A DNA stretch of 64,000 nucleotides from positions 9,176,001 through 9,240,000 of the forward strand of contig CM120640.1 of NCBI GenBank assembly GCA_051362555.1, written 5' to 3'. Made by a program: the position numbers and the translations under genes. The DNA is from Lingula anatina. Taxonomy: Eukaryota > Animalia > Brachiopoda. Below are positions 51,801 through 64,000 of the stretch, one piece after another (position 1 is the stretch's first letter; each line of letters starts with the position of its first letter). The notes below the pieces were generated by a model that worked only from the letters and a program-made list of their open reading frames with translations, was not told the origin of the DNA and did not search any database.

Positions 51801-54713
51801 CAGCCCAAAGGAACATTACCCAATTAAATCACTGCATATTACAAGGTGCAACAGGCATAGTAGTCAGTTCATTGGTAGCGACACAGCTGACTACACACAC
51901 TTCTCCAGTCAGATATCTAATATGGGATCTGTGTTTTTTAAAAAGTGGACATTTTAACCTATTCATACCTTCGAAACTGAAATATTCCACATTAAATGTC
52001 AAGTCTGTATGTCGTTTTAATTTAGCTCAGACTGCCAATTTGTTCTCTAGATCAGATTGCCACTTAAGCGTGTGGGAGGTTACATAAATACAAGTGTACC
52101 CCAAGGTAGCGTACTTGGCCCGTTACTCTTTCTCATATATATAAATGACCTCCCTGACGGACTCTCTACTGATTGTTTCATCTATGCGGATGATACTTCC
52201 CTCTTTATGCCCTCGCGTCGGGGAGATGTTGATTCACATGCTATATTACAAGGTGACCTACGTACCATTGAAAATTGGTCCAATAAATGGAAACTCAATT
52301 TTAAACCGGCAAAGTGCCGCGAAATTATATTCGGCAAAGAAAATGATAATAGTACATACCCTGAATTGTATATAAACAATACCATGATACCTAGGACAAA
52401 GAGCCACAAACACCTGGGACTAGTACTTGATTCAAAACTAAATTTTAATGATCATACTGATCATGTTTGCGAAAAGGTTCAACGGGCCGTAAATGCACTA
52501 AAACCTCTATACTGCAAAGTTAGGTCCAAACATTTAAATGTTATATATAATGCCTTTATCCAATCACAATTTGATTACTGTGACATCTTCTATCATAACT
52601 CACTCCAGAAGAAATTATCGAAACTATCGTCTCTTCAATACCAAGCCGGCAAAATAGTACTGGGAGCCTTACCTAGCTCTTGTACCTCCAAAATATTTGA
52701 ACAACTAAATTGGATTTCTCTATTTGATAGAAGAAAAATGCATGCTCAAAAAATTATGTTTTCAGTCATGGCGAATTTGGTCCCCTCCTATGTTTCTGAT
52801 ATATTCCGCCCATTCAGAAACCCTTTTCCAATCATAACCCGAGAAAATAACAAAAGAGACTTTAAACTTCCTCCTAAATACCCCCGTACCTCAGTTAACT
52901 ATTTTCTGATGTCTTCATGGGATCAACTCTCCTCCTCCACTAAATCTTTACCTTCAATCTCATCTTTCAAGAACTCGATAAAAAAACACCTCACTGCTGG
53001 GTCGCTTTCAACAACAACACTAAACTTGAACAGAAATCATGAAAAAATTCTTAACAGAGCGAGGGTCGGTTGTTTATTTAGAGCAGAATTGTTTAGGCAT
53101 AACTGGACTACTATTGATACACCACACTGCACCTGTGGGGCCTTGAAACCCCTCTTCACTTTTTCTTCAGATGCCCTTTACTCAATTCAAAGTACCCTCC
53201 CCTTTACCTACATGCAAGCAAGACCTCTTTCAAAACACAAAAAGAAAAGCTGTCGTTATTTCTCTACGGTCATAAATCCTTATCACCCACCCAAAATGAA
53301 ATTATCTTCGACACTGTTGCAAATTTTCTTCTCGTAAACTTTGTTATCACTTAATAGGTATTATCTCTTTTCCTCTTCTTTCTTTCTGTACTTAACTTGT
53401 GCTCCTGATATATATGAAGTTTTACATTTACTCTGTTGTATATATGTATATACCTATCCATTTGTTTTATTTATTTATTTACTTATTTAATTTAATTTTG
53501 TGGAGAGCATATAATGCTTCCAGCGCCTTGCCTCCACTTCATTCTTTTGAATAAACGTTGTTTAAAAAAAAAGCGTGTGAAAAAAAAGAGAACTGACGAG
53601 GTTCTGCTCTGTAATTGAATTCCCTTTATTCAGGTAAAATCGATGAGCTTGGAACCCTAGTTACCGCCCTGGCTCTGATTGGAAAGCTAGGCGTGACCTC
53701 AGCTTGGTCCATTGGGTATCTTTACACCGCGGAACTCTATCCCACTGTTGTCAGGTAATGGTATTGACAGTGATGGCACACTGGACTGAAAAACTATTTT
53801 AACACTAGGTTCTTAAGGCAAATATTTATATTGATCAATATATTCCCCTGCATTTGCTGTTCTTTATTTCAAATATTTTTGTTTTCCCTTCTATGTTTTT
53901 TTTTTTTATCATTTCTCTTCAATACTAATATGCAACTACTTAACCCGGCCCATTAGCTTGAAATAAAAAGGTCGATACCAGTTCTTAAATGAGGGAAAGG
54001 AATGATATTGATATTTTCAATCCATTTTTCTTTGTAGGAGCATCGCAGCTGGAACTGTCTCTATGGCCGCCAGAGTAGGAGGGGTGACTGCGCCACAATT
54101 TGAGCTTTTGGTAGGTTCTATTTTCCCATTGTTCTATGATGTGGCGTTTGGTTTGCTTGAACACAATAGAGGTAAATTATTGGCACAGATATCCGTAAAA
54201 TGGATATTGGTCAAGTTGACCATATGTTTTACCCATCAATTTAAATTTAAACCAATCCATTTTGTATTTGATATACCCAATCATCCAAACCACTGTCTCT
54301 CAACGTTTTGTCCAGTTCAGTAGTTTTTATATATTCATATTCATCTATATTTTTATAAGCCTCCTTGCAAAAGCAGTGTTAAGATGCTGTATTGAGTTAT
54401 ATAAATTTGATGTTTTAAATATCTAAATATGTTCAGATTCCTTAGGCCATTGTTGATTGGCTTTTTTTAACACCAGGGCACTATATCCGGACAACTACCC
54501 TTCACAATTTTTGGAAGTTTCGCCTTGGCTGCTGCCTTTCTAAGTCTGCTTTTGCCTGAAACCAAAAAGCGACCTCTGCCGGATGCTCTACCGAAATGTG
54601 CATTTCCTTGCGTCCGCCCATCGACGGATGAGCTGTCAGTCGAGGAAGAGGGGAAAATGGGGGACCAAGGAGTAGAAAATAAAGAAAATTTTAAAAACTA
54701 TAGTAATTTGTGA
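42822..54713 (+). CDS. SLC22-family organic ion transporter (MFS), copy 1, 11 coding exons, ~539 aa
   Basis: Exons 42822-42858, 46054-46328, 47513-47744, 47869-48061, 48776-48908, 49224-49324, 49509-49643, 50780-50862, 53634-53754, 54038-54110, 54477-54713 (1620 nt, no internal stops). Motifs [44 protein letters not shown]. Confidence 0.93.
44514..44762. mobile_element. MITE with ~37-bp TIRs and TA target duplication (Tc1/mariner/pogo-type)
   Basis: TA|GGGGAGACCGGGGCTAGTTGGACCCCGGGGTAAGTTG ... CAACTTACCCCGGGGTCCAACTAGCCCCGGTCTCCCA|TA. Removing it restores the LINE codons GGC TCT GTA CTC GGC CCC (GSVLGP). Confidence 0.92.
44821..45069. mobile_element. Palindromic MITE with TAA target duplication (PIF/Harbinger, Tourist-like)
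   Basis: TAA at 44818-44820 and 45070-45072. Arms of ~110 bp are nearly reverse-complementary (GG..CCGTTCA.ATGAAAAATCTATTTTC). Removing it restores TCT AAG CAC GGT in the LINE. Confidence 0.92.
45788..45883 (+). repeat. Perfect 48-bp tandem duplication
   Basis: CCCCCTGAGGTACTGTTTTAAAAAACTGTATTAAAATATTTTCTGAAT twice. Confidence 0.9.
47176..47296 (-). mobile_element. RTE-clade LINE 3' stub with TSD
   Basis: Minus strand encodes [35 protein letters not shown] (RTE C-terminal pattern TW.EA...A.DR..WR) ending in a TAAG-repeat tail. Direct repeat TAGTTCAT at 47168-47175 and 47297-47304. Confidence 0.75.
48485..48718. mobile_element. Tc1-type MITE (imperfect ~40-bp TIRs)
   Basis: CACCACTGGTCAAAAAGGTTCTCCCACCGCCGATTCCAT versus the reverse complement of the right end CACTCTTGGTCAAAAATGTTGCCCCACCTCTAATTCCAT. 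TA on the right, CA (probably a mutated TA) on the left. Confidence 0.75.
51448..51635. mobile_element. Inverted-repeat element, probably a Penelope-like retroelement remnant
   Basis: ~55-60-bp arms (AAGAATGAAGTAATTTTT..TCAACAGCTAATATTGAG..GTTTTTACCTCCAATA and its reverse complement) enclosing a hammerhead-type core and a small hairpin GAGGCTA..TAGCCTC. Confidence 0.65.
51501..51542 (-). ncRNA. Minimal type I hammerhead ribozyme motif (Penelope-type)
   Basis: Minus strand UUCC-CUGAUGA-AGACGUUCUGUUAGACAUC-GAA-AUAU-U-GGAG: intact core, stem I UUCC/GGAG, imperfect stem II, palindromic stem III AUAU. Confidence 0.6.
52075..53570 (+). mobile_element. 5'-truncated CR1/L2-group LINE with poly(A) tail and 9-bp TSD, in intron 8 of SLC22 copy 1
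   Basis: RT motifs [52 protein letters not shown] followed by an A-tail. AAGCGTGTG at 52066-52074 and 53571-53579. The C-terminal [14 protein letters not shown] zinc knuckle is split by one frameshift near 53143. Confidence 0.95.
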
Positions 54714-54889
54714 AACATCGTAGAGTATTGTAGATGAAGCAATTGTTCAACAACAATGAGCTATTCTTGACACTTCATTGTTGTTTTTGACGTGACAAAT
54801 TAATGATAGAATCGTTTTTGATCTTGCGTCAAGGATGTCAACAAAAAGTATGCGCTGTGGCCATTAGTAAACCAGTATTCAGAAAGATA

Positions 54890-55610
54890 TGAGTAAAGTT
54901 TGTTTAAGCCCATTGAGGGCTATTACATTTCTTTTCTAACTACTTGTAAATTCAGAAAAAAGGTGCACCGGAGAGGGGTTTTCTTTGCGGCGTCAATGCG
55001 CACTTAAAAATACATAAGAAGCAAAGTTCAGTGGCCTGTAACGTATATAAATTCTCTGTGGCAGTTTTTATGCAAGCCAGACAAAATCAAAATTCCAAAA
55101 ATCCCCAACTGAAATTGATCTCTTGGACAGCAGTATAATGCTTTAAAATTGTGTTTTTTTTTTCGTGAAATAGACCTTTTCTTCCTCCATTTCATATAGA
55201 GGGTAAGCAGAAAATTTCGGTGAAAATGTCATTTGTTGGGAAATAATGTATGGCAAATATGTTGTTTTTCTTTAAGTTATACTATTTAAAACACTAAGGT
55301 GGCATTTGTTCGGATTTAGTGATAGTGCCATCAAATATGAAGAAATGTTATGCCTTTAATTGTGTTATTATTTGAGAATCACACTACGTTTCAAATACAG
55401 TCTTCAAATGCATGTCTATAAATCCTAGGACTGAAAAGTAGTATTTATTTTAAGTTGTGCATCATAACAACGTGCCTGCAATTTGCGCCAAATCTTTGAA
55501 GCTTCCTCGACATGACGTGCAAAGGCAGTGAACTGCTTAATCATTATTTATCCTCGTTGGTATGGTGATCCCGTTTCCGCAAACTTACAAAACGAGGGGA
55601 ATGAAGACTG
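54890..55610 (+). repeat. Paralogous copy of 40340-41150, lacking the MITE
   Basis: Same colinear blocks. CCTGTAACGTATATAAATT corresponds to CCTGTAT[MITE]TGTAACATATATGAATT in the other copy. Confidence 0.75.
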
Positions 55611-57302
55611 CGACTAATTGCAGTAATGATTGTAATGATAAAACTGGGCTGAACTATATACATGCAATAAAATGAACTGAAAAACCAGTTGTAAAAAAAA
55701 AAATAAATAAGCTTAAGTTGGATTATTTTTTAAGCATAACTTAGCTTTTTATTTAAACATGTAGGTCAACTGTAAACTATTTCATTCCATGTTAGCTCAT
55801 TAATCTAAATCTAAATTAACCTTTTTGCAAAATATATACATTAAATAGTCCATAATGTATTTATTTGCTTTCACAGTGTCTTTACATGGCTACCGAATAG
55901 AACGTATTTCAGTTGGAACACAACAACACAGCAATTTTGAAGTTTTCACTAGGTTTATTTCTCACACAAAGGCTACGCTAAAAGGCAAGCAAGTAGAAAC
56001 GGTCTTTTCGGAGTCCCTCTTAACAACGGAAAGGAACCTAGCTTTAAAGGCAACCGTGCAGGGTCTTGCGTACCACATATCTAGCAGGCTGAGTAGCAGC
56101 TGTGACTAACGATTGCACTTCCCCCTGTAATTTATCAGAACTACCATATGTATATCATATGTATGCGATTATACTCGGTTACGGGCTTAAAGGTTATACA
56201 TGTATCTGCTACGCGCAATACCTGAACAATATATTTGTGTCTTCCTTGTAGGCAAAAGTTGATAAAACTTAATATTAGGGATCTGTTTCTACTGATACGA
56301 CTGCGTTAGTTGTGGATCACTAGATTGCGTCTAGTGCGACAGAGCTCGAGACACAAATAGCATTTTTATTACTATTTTTAAAATAACAGGATTTCTGTCC
56401 CTACCTGTGAACATACAGGCCTATAGTCCCGAGGAATACATGTGACCGTTTAAATAGCAAGAAGCTGGATACATCGATGATGGCGTTGGTAAGAGAAAGA
56501 ATAAAGACGCCATGAAAATCGTAATTTGCTGTCTTTGCTTAAGCGAAAAGGAATTTAAAAAAAATCGATAAAGCTTTTAGAATAAATTGTAGCTCTTCAT
56601 CTACTTCATCCCGAGAGGGACACATTAATACCACGCGACCTAGCACCATTTTTTGCCTAGACATGACACAGAGTCTCTCGAAAACAATTTAGAACCAAGG
56701 GACCGAATTTGATTTGAAGACCAGGGTAGAGCCGTAACAGACGTCTCACCTAAAGGTACTTGAATCATTTATCAGTGCTGTTCTGCGCCAGGTTCTTATT
56801 TGCAGTCCTCTTTTTCTTCTAATCGAAAGTGTCCTTAAGGGTCTTCTCACATTCTCAATTTATGGTCTAACCACCGTTATCTCCTAACCTTTATTGTGAT
56901 TGATACCAATTTAACTCTCCAAACAACTCACCAAAAAGAGTAAAAAAAAATTAAAAACAGATGTTTGTTTTTTCAAGATAATGGATATGGTTTGCCTTGG
57001 CGATTAAAGAAAAAGTATTCTATGTATCCAGAAAAATATGTTTAACAAAGTAAAGGTCAAATGTGCCTTGTTACCCTTTTTTTTGCCTGGCGCATCCACA
57101 GTGCATTTCTACACGAGTAGCATACTAAGCGTCACCTTCATGCACGTTTTCATGCAATAAACTGATGTAGATAAGCTTAGGGTCAACTTCCACAAAGTAC
57201 AAAAACACCTGTGAATCTGTGCTGTAACGTTATTTCACTGTAGTAGGTCTGCCGTTACGGCTTGATGATTGTGGTGTAAGATACTACACAGACCGTATCA
57301 AC

Positions 57303-60300
57303 ATGTCGCAGGGGTTTGAGGAGATACTGAAGGGTGTTGGTGAGTTTTAATATACAAGCATTTGCAACTTACGTCGTAAACCGTCTGGTTCACATTTCCA
57401 AAAGTGAAATAAATTATTAAGAGAAGTTGTCAAATCTTCTACACGTACGAGTAAATAATGAATCTGAAAAGAAAATGCACATTCATGAAATATGTTGGAT
57501 GGGAAGGGGTTATGAATTTGCCTCTTTATGTATTGTCTGTACATGCTGCTATCATCTGAGTCTAGATGATGAATTCTTGGCTAAACTGAAGTTGACTTAT
57601 CAAAATGAGTTTCTTTCGTTTTTATCAGGCGTTATTGGCCGTAAACAAATCGAGGTATTTTTTCTTGTGAGTCTGGCTGATGTTATGACGTCATGGACCA
57701 TTTTAATACCAATTTTCATTGGTGCACAGCCCGAATGGATATGCCCACCTGATTCAAATGGCACATCGTCATGGAGCAATGGAAGTCACCGTGAGGATGC
57801 ATACGACGACGTTTCGAAAATTTTAGCGGGGAATCTTTCAACAACAAATAGCACCAAAAACATGTGTTCAGCAGATAACAATATTTGTTCTGGTATAACG
57901 TATACCTCCCCGTTTACATCAATGGTTACAGAGGTAAGGTCGGTTGAAACCGAAACCAATATTTGGTTTTTTCAAAGCGCAAGCGAACACAACCGACAGG
58001 AATTTCCTATTTTGATTTTTCTTTGTGGTTGATCGTTTGTGTACCATTTCTCCATCTGCTTAAAGTAGTTTTCTATCACACAGCCATTTTTAATTGGTTA
58101 GTCCAGGTAGACGTTACAATGAATAAAGCAAGCGTGTATATACATGTATTTCTTGACGAAAGTACCCTACCAAGTTCCGTTTATAAATCTTTCCAGTGGA
58201 ACCTTGTCTGTGATTTGGAATATGTCAGCGACATCATCACAACAATTCAAATGGCTGGGTTATTTTTTGGAGCTCTTGCTATCAGCCAGTTGTCGGACAT
58301 GTTCGGCAGGAAGCCTGTTTGGTACACAGCCCTTACTGTCAATTCAATCGTTGGCTTCGCTAGCGCATTTGCACCTAGATGGGAAGTAATGGCGGCCATG
58401 CGTTTTATAAATGGAATGTGCGCTGGAGGTAATGAAAGTAAATGCAGTTGTGAGGAAGTTATTTTTGCTCCGAGTCGTAGATGCCGCTGTTGTGAGCGTC
58501 ATGTCAGCTGTACTATGTGGCAGCACATTCAAGTAATTTTGTAGGTTAAAAAGATAATGAAAAATAAATTTTAATACTCGATCTTACGTTGAAGCTGAGA
58601 CAATTTTGAAAATAAATGATGAGAAAGCGCTGCCGACCTTCCTTGTAATAGTTTAACCTATTACGTTTGTCCCGCGATTTCCTCTCTACATTACACAATG
58701 TCTATTTCTGCTGTATGCAAGGAAAATGTGATATGGACATGTTGAGAAAGTGTCATGGAAAAGTATGTTGGCTACTGATAGACCTTATATTTATTTTAGC
58801 TGCCAGTACAGTATAAATATGTTACGGGGCATTAAAAACTCAAGTAAAAAATATTTTGCAACAGGACACAACAATATTCCGAGTAGGAGTCTTCGAAGGA
58901 GACCCAATTATAGAAATAGCTGCTATTAGGTCTTTTATTCCAGGTTTATTGCTCGTGAGTTTTGCCTGGCCCCTGGAATTTGTTGGTATCAAATGGAGAA
59001 TCTATTTAAATGTTTTAAACTTGTGGACACCTGGCAGCATGCTTCTGCCGCTTTTGGCATACTACATTCGGGACTGGAAGACGTTACTGATGGTGACCAC
59101 GCCATTTCCAACAGTGTTTGTGTGGTTTTTGTGGAAGTGAGTAACATATAGATATGGTCAATACGGCGTAAATTGATGTAGTCCAAATATCATATGGAAT
59201 TACAGTATGGCTTTTTCTTAAATTGCATTAAAGTTATATAATTTTTAGAGTTTCCGGGGATGGATGGCGATGGGCTAGGGGAAAACTGACAGATCCAATG
59301 GTCGTAAACATTGGGCATTTTATGTATAATTTAGATTTATGCTGGAGAGTCCTCGTTGGCTTGCTATGCAAGAAAGACTAGAGGAAGCTGAAGAGGTTCT
59401 ATCCATTATCGCAAAAGCAAATGGAAAATCACCCCCGAGCGTGGAAACACTCAAACAATTCATTAAGGTAAAGGTTGACAGCCAAGCGCAGCATTAAGGA
59501 TCTATATTAAGTGCCATGCAATAAATCAAAAGTAAAAACAAACGCTGTGTAAAACTGATTCTGTGTTCATAAATGATATGTATGTGTCCTTTTGATTCAA
59601 GGAGGAGAAAAAGAATGCGGCAAAAGCGAAAAAATTCAGCTTCTGGGACTTGTTCAGAACCCCACAGCTGGCAAAACATACCCTAGTCCTCATGTTCCTC
59701 TGGTAAGAACTTGACTGCCAAAATTTCTTACAATTATCTTCAAAATGAATGGTTGTATCTTTTAGGGCAATTGACTTCATTTCAAACTTTAGTCAATTTG
59801 TCTGAAACAATGTACCTGTCAGACTTGTAGACTATGTTTCTTTACCAAAACTTAAGCTGGAAGATTTACCAAAATCTTACAAAAAAGTAAATTAATTTAT
59901 ACCACCTGTTAACTTCTGCCTCCTAATAGAATATTTAATGCAAGTATTTTTTTTTAATCTGTATGATTTTCAACTTTTTCCACAAAGCTTTCTTTGTTTC
60001 CTTATCTGTAGGTTTGTATATGGTGCAGCGTTTTATGGGATATCTCTTAATGTGAAAAATCTTCCTGGTGACAAGTACTTAAATTCGTTTCTCTTGGCAG
60101 CTGTTGAAATACCTGCTCTAGCGGTTGCTCTTGTCTGTGGTATTTGGTATGTTTATTGCGTGGTTCCAGTGTATTGCAAAGCATCTGTAACAAAACTGGT
60201 AATATGGAAAAAAATGTGTAGTATGCTATATATTGAGGGTTGTAGCAGGACAAATGATGCATTTAAAAATCTTTTAAGATTATTAGAAAATAATCAGTCC

Positions 60301-61600
60301 AAGAACCTCCATAACATGCAGTATATGCAATTAAGAATATTACACTTGTAATACCAAGATTTTCCCCTACAAATTGCGTAATTGCAGGCTTGGTCGTCGT
60401 GTCACCATGTTCGGTACCTTGCTTATTTGTGGACTTGCTATATTTTCTGTACTTTTTATAGGTTTAGCAGGTAAGAACACTGGTCTATTTAAATCTTCCA
60501 TTTATAAGATAACGAATTTCATTGTAGAATAGCGTTTGGTAAAAGGCATAAATGACAGTTTTAATCGTAGACTTCTTACATGCTTTTGTATTTAACGTTA
60601 TTAACAACCAAATGATTTTTAAAGATTATCCTGACTTGTCACTATTCTCAACGCGAAAGTATTTATCTATGAAAATATGCAATACATTTTAAAAACCCAC
60701 TTGCTTTAATATAGGAAAATTGGAAGAACTAAGTGTTTTGGTGACTTGTCTTTCTTTGTTGGGGAAGTGTGGCGTTATGGCAGCCTGGAATCTGGGGTAC
60801 CTTGTTACCGGGGAATTGTTTCCCACTGTCGTCAGGTGAATGCAATTAAAAAAACAAAAATGTTTGTAATTGCGTGAAACATTCTGTGAAAAGTTTTCCT
60901 TAAATAGTCAATTTTAACACTAAGACAAAAGTAATAGTTACATAAAATGAAATCTTATAGCTTACAATATAAATGTAATTTATTATAAGGAGTATTGGCG
61001 GAGGCGCTGCTTCCATTGCGGGTAGGGCAGGTGGAGTTACGGCACCACAGTTTGCTTCATTGGTAAGTTTGTAATACACTACTTTGACATTTTACATCAA
61101 TTGTTGTATTAGGATAAAGACGTTAACCGTTTATCTCAAATTTTAAACAAATCTTGTGAAACAATTTTTTCTTCGATATAAACTGAAACTTATGGGCTTT
61201 GCGTTATTCAAATATTTTCCTTTAAGTTAAAACTGGAACAAAATTTCCAATTTAAATTGTGCAGAATCGACTGGTCTTCATATAAAGTGACGTTTCTGTG
61301 GGGCATTTCCGATGTTCTGTTACAGACAAGTTTATGTGCATGTTTCATTGTTAATTTATATTCCCCTAGGGACGGGTGTCCCGAGAACTGCCATTCATCG
61401 TATTTGGTAGCGTGGCGGTGGTAGCTGCATTCTTTGGCCTCCTATTACCCGAAACAAAAATGCGCCGCCTTCCTGATTCTCTCCCTGAATGGTCATGGTG
61501 CTCCAGAAAACCATACATTGAGGATGAGGTAACTTCCAGCGATAAGGAAAGCGACGATATGCATGGAAAAAGCAAAGAGACGATATCGACAGATCTTTAA
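57303..61600 (+). CDS. SLC22-family organic ion transporter (MFS), copy 2, 11 coding exons, ~547 aa
   Basis: Exons 57303-57339, 57629-57933, 58197-58428, 58944-59136, 59335-59467, 59602-59702, 60012-60146, 60388-60470, 60715-60835, 60990-61062, 61370-61600. Exons 3-10 are identical in length to copy 1. Motifs SMVTEWNLVC, LSDMFGRK, LESPRWL, GELFPTVVR, LLPETK. Confidence 0.93.
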
Positions 61601-63329
61601 AAAATAATTGGATCTGCATTGCGCACTATATTGCTGGATTTGATAGAAGCTTGTTGTTAAGTAATGAATTCTTAATATATATTTTATAAAAGATTACAAA
61701 GTTCGTAGAAACCCAACAACAAGACTCAAAAGGTCGTAAAGGTGCTTGGTGCTTGAAAGACTTTTCCCTAATTTTAAAAGCACTTTTGTTTTAAGCCTGA
61801 AATTCTACATATTTCATACATGTTTATGTTTCTATTATATCGATATTTTAAAACCTTACTAATATACATGTATGCACGTGTGTGTGTGTGTGTCGGAGGG
61901 GGGGGTGTATAGCAAATTATTTCATATGTCTTTATGGTCTAAAACCTCTCGAAATACTTTTAAATTGTATTTTATCTAATGTATAAGCCTATGATTTCGC
62001 TTGAGGGACGCCTGGTATAAGCTGAGGAAAAGGTTGGAGAATTGGAGAGCACCGAACGTTGTGATCTTGATAACGTCAAAAGCTATCTAATTTCAACATT
62101 ATTTTAATTAATTCGTAACAAGCCTCCATTGTTCCGATGTGAATTGATCTGTCTAGTGATGTTAGTCAACTTGAAGAAATGTTTAACTGTTCAATTTCTA
62201 CACTACTGAAAATGTACCTGTAAAAGCTTTCGCCCCAACACTTAGGACTTCATAAGGCACACTAAAGCCAGGAGACAGTGTATAGTAAGCATTCTAGTGA
62301 GCAGTTCTTGTAATACTGCCCAGATGCGAGACAAGTTGTGCCTCCCCCGTCCTTGCTCAGTAAGGGTCTCTTGGCCCTAGTGTAAATAAACTCCTTCACC
62401 CCCCCCCACCCCCCCATTGAACCCCAGGGCGTATTCATTATATACTGTCTCATAAATTTAGTGCGACTTTTCTCAATATTAACTATTCATTCTAATATTC
62501 TTTTAAAACTACATACATCCAGTATACAGAATGTAGAATATTTTAATTTTTATAGTTCACAATATTTTTATAGGGTTTATAGTTTATAGACACCAACTTC
62601 GTCTTTTGAATTATTATTGTGATATTACTCATGTATCAATTTGACATTGTACACAGCATGTAAACTGCGTTTTGAGGGAATAAATGCAATAATAATAATA
62701 ATAATGATAGTATTGTTAAATTACATTGATCCTGTGCAAGGTAACCAGTACTTTATTTTGAAACAACTGTTTTTTTATTATGTAAACAATTAAAAAAAAT
62801 GAAAGAAACGACCGTGCAGGTTAAAATATTTATTTTTTTTTTTATTCAAAGTAGGAAATTTCAGAACTGTTTGAAAAAATTGATTTTTGACATACCTCAT
62901 TATTAAGAAGTGTTGACAATGACCCGTAAAGTATATTCTAGATTTTTCAAATTCTGATAATATAAATGCAATGAACAAGTAGTTTCATTGTTTCTGATAC
63001 GCTTTCTGATGCCACACACTAAGAAAAAAAACACGCTTGATTATAAAATCATATCACGTGTATGAAATCATTTGTATTCACAGAGAGATTTTACTTCAGA
63101 TTGAATTGATGATTGTCTGAGGAAAAACGATGCAATCATGCATTAAAACGAGCATGTTGCGCATTTTGTATGCCTGAACACGCAAATCGGGTTCGTCCCC
63201 TTCTCGAGGACAACTGATATGCCAAGAATTCTGGATCACGATCACTGACGAAGTTTTTATCACTGACCACTGAAGTGCTCATGATCATTTCGCCATTCTC
63301 CTAGTTTGCTTCTTGCCACACACCACAAC

Positions 63330-63366
63330 ATGGCTGAAGGATTCGATCGCATCCTAAGCGATATTG
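63330..63366 (+). CDS. First coding exon of a third SLC22 paralog (remainder presumably beyond the window)
   Basis: ATG GCT GAA GGA TTC GAT CGC ATC CTA AGC GAT ATT G|gtgagt ([13 protein letters not shown]) versus copy 1 [13 protein letters not shown]. Flanking non-coding DNA (63231-63390) aligns with 42720-42885, including the ctcctag acceptor. Confidence 0.8.
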
Positions 63367-64000
63367 GTGAGTAGTTATTTGTAACCAACGGTTAACATTC
63401 GTACAGCAACTGTAGTTATCAGGCATCGCTAGTAATGAAAAATGTACATATGTAGGCAATGTATTCTCTGCTATGACTGTAAAAAAAAAAAAAAAAAAGA
63501 AAAATTCAAGTATCGGAGGCACAACACATTATGTTGAAATTTTAAATGCACTCAAAGTAAGTAATGTGATGTTGTTATTGGAATGATTAATGCCTTTCCC
63601 TTTACACAAATATTTAACAAACAACAATCAAAACATTTTGTTAATAAGAAGTATTCTGCCTGGTTTGACAACCACTAGTCAATTAGGTACATGGTATAAT
63701 TCCTTGCACCAGCCAAGCATTTTTGCAAAGTTTGAAGCGTCGTTTGACATTCTAAAGAATAACTGTGACAAATAACTGTAATAAATAACTGTAATTCAGT
63801 CATGGAAGCATCCATGTACCAAATATTGACCACTTAGTCTTCTATTAATACAGGTATATTGAAAACAAATGTTTTGAAATATATAATACGTAACTTCCGT
63901 CTCTGATACGTTCCGTCTCTTTATACGTTACGTGTCTCTCACTTTAATAAACAAATCTCGATTATGCAGTCAATAGAGTTTCCAGATGATTTATTTAAAA

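Noticed and set aside
52057-53337. 426-aa ORF as a host gene or domesticated RT
   Set aside because: It starts at a non-ATG codon outside the TSD, lacks the N-terminal RT motifs, and has a frameshifted end, A-tail and TSD, so it is a truncated LINE.

Overview
AT-rich, intron-dense animal DNA. Protein style suggests a marine invertebrate, possibly lophotrochozoan/mollusc-like; this is inference only. Gene models were spliced by hand. (1) Minus strand ~0.4-33 kb: a protein 4.1/coracle (EPB41-family) gene with FERM, FA and CTD domains. It has two tandem copies of the FA exon separated by a 53-nt intron (candidate mutually exclusive exons), a run of phase-0 cassette exons and microexons among many UGCAUG (Rbfox) motifs, and a 3'UTR intron. 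(2) Minus strand 35.7-40.0 kb: a 9-exon cystinosin (CTNS). (3) Plus strand 42.8-64 kb: a tandem array of SLC22-type MFS transporters, two complete 11-exon genes plus the first coding exon of a third. The first SLC22 copy carries many mobile elements: a Tc1 relic, an L2/CR1 LINE interrupted by two MITEs, an RTE 3' stub, a Tc1-type MITE, a 5'-truncated CR1-like LINE with TSD, and Penelope/retrozyme-type minimal hammerhead motifs. No rRNA, tRNA or CRISPR was seen. Most entries in the ORF track are noise or antisense shadows of exons.
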